Source of the DNA: Jiangella alkaliphila
Lineage (GTDB): Bacteria; Actinomycetota; Actinomycetes; Jiangellales; Jiangellaceae
Length of the DNA stretch: 24,000 nt
Assembly: GCF_900105925.1 (NCBI RefSeq)
Contig: NZ_LT629791.1
Coordinates: 2,057,278-2,081,277 of the forward strand
Direction of reading: 5' to 3'
The number at the start of each line of letters is the position of its first letter. The first letter of the stretch is position 1. Position numbers and translations under genes: made by a program. The notes beneath the pieces were generated by a model, which searched no databases, was not told the origin of the DNA, and was given only the letters and a program-made list of their open reading frames with translations. Positions 23,274-24,000 of the stretch are shown piece after piece.

Positions 23274-24000
23274 ATGCCTGTACGGAACCGCTCCTCGTGG
23301 CTGCTGGTGGTCTCGGCCGTGATCGCCGCGCTCACCCTCGCTCCGGCCACGGCTGCCACCGCGCAGACCACCTATCCGCAGTACACCGACCGCGGCACCG
23401 TGCCGCTGACGGCGACCACGACCTCGGGCGGCGAGACGGCCCGCATGCCCGACGGCACGTACCGGACCTGGCTCGCCGTGACGGGCCTGCCCGCCGCCGG
23501 CGTGCCCGCGTACCTGGCCGAGATCGACCCGTTCACCCGGACGGTGGTGCGCAAGCTCCCCATGGAGAACGCGTCCGGCGCTTGGGGCGTGTCCGTCGCC
23601 GACAACGGTGACGTGTACGTCGCCACCAGCGTCGACGGTGACCTGTTCCGGTTGCCGTGGGGCAGCGCCGACATCGAGAACCTCGGCCGCCCACTCCCCG
23701 ACGTGAGCTTCCTCTGGGAAGGCGACACCGACGAGAACGGGACGTACTACATCGGCACGTATCACGGGTACGCGACGGGTGGACTGCCGCCGGCGCACCT
23801 CGTGAGCTGGGACCCGGACACCCGGCAGTACCGCGACTACGGCACGTTCGGCGACCGGTACACCTACGTCCGGTCGGTCGAGTACGTCGACGGGCAGCTG
23901 TACGTCGGGGTCGGGCCGTTCACCGCGTTCTACCGTGTCGACCCGGTGACGGGCGACAAGACGGAGATCGCCCTGCCGCCGGGGGTGTCGGGCGACAAGT
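23274..24000 (+). CDS. Secreted repeat protein, probably beta-propeller-like; 3' end outside the window
   Basis: It is absent from the ORF track because no stop occurs before 24000. I translated frame 0 by hand from ATG 23274: MPVRNRSSWLLVVSAVIAALTLAPATAATA / QTTYPQYTDRG... (signal peptide). This is followed by recurring G-D/Y-hydrophobic strands: GDVYVATSVDGDLFRL, GTYYIGTYHGY, GQLYVGVGPFTAFYRVDP. GAGGAAG lies ~11 nt upstream. It sits 26 nt after the previous gene. Confidence 0.65.
   Translation, partial: MPVRNRSSWLLVVSAVIAALTLAPATAATAQTTYPQYTDRGTVPLTATTTSGGETARMPDGTYRTWLAVTGLPAAGVPAYLAEIDPFTRTVVRKLPMENASGAWGVSVADNGDVYVATSVDGDLFRLPWGSADIENLGRPLPDVSFLWEGDTDENGTYYIGTYHGYATGGLPPAHLVSWDPDTRQYRDYGTFGDRYTYVRSVEYVDGQLYVGVGPFTAFYRVDPVTGDKTEIALPPGVSGDK

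Noticed and set aside
1-24000. Search for CRISPR arrays, rRNA or tRNA genes, transposase or integrase genes, and long direct repeats
   Set aside because: No regularly spaced direct repeats, no rRNA- or tRNA-like sequence and no transposase- or integrase-like translation were seen in any frame. The only sizeable repeat relationships are the tandem S9 paralogs and the elements reported above.

Overview
High-GC (Actinomycetota-like) chromosomal segment with dense coding and many spurious Arg/Pro/Gly-rich off-frame ORFs. All calls come from reading the translations and recalling families; no searches were run.

Left to right:
(1) The 3' part of a GMC oxidoreductase, translationally coupled (ATGA) to an aldehyde dehydrogenase.
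(2) A minus-strand SDR-GntR pair, divergent from a beta-lactamase-fold serine hydrolase and two tandem paralogous S9 (DPP-IV-like) peptidases.
(3) A tightly coupled eight-gene minus-strand operon (9890..17408). Gene for gene it matches the cryptic E. coli php/yhfSTUWXYZ cluster: YhfZ regulator, YhfY PRD protein, YhfU, YhfT permease, Php, YhfS, YhfX, YhfW. To my knowledge its substrate and function are unassigned. A candidate promoter carrying an 18-bp perfect AT-rich palindrome lies upstream.
(4) A SnoaL-like/LysR divergent pair.
(5) A 168-bp imperfect palindromic (MITE-like or long-hairpin) element that overlaps the LysR stop codon.
(6) An accessory-looking locus. It holds a 63-aa secreted two-Cys pre-peptide, divergent from an HTH/NB-ARC/TPR STAND NTPase whose reading frame is broken at a G5 run. 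Two covarying palindromes (ATTSCGG-N6-CCGSAAT-CGAACC) follow, one of them over a good promoter. Then come two secreted proteins of unknown function, the second running off the window.

No rRNA, tRNA or CRISPR array was seen. The best candidates for undescribed biology are the yhf-like operon and the peptide/STAND/secreted-protein locus.
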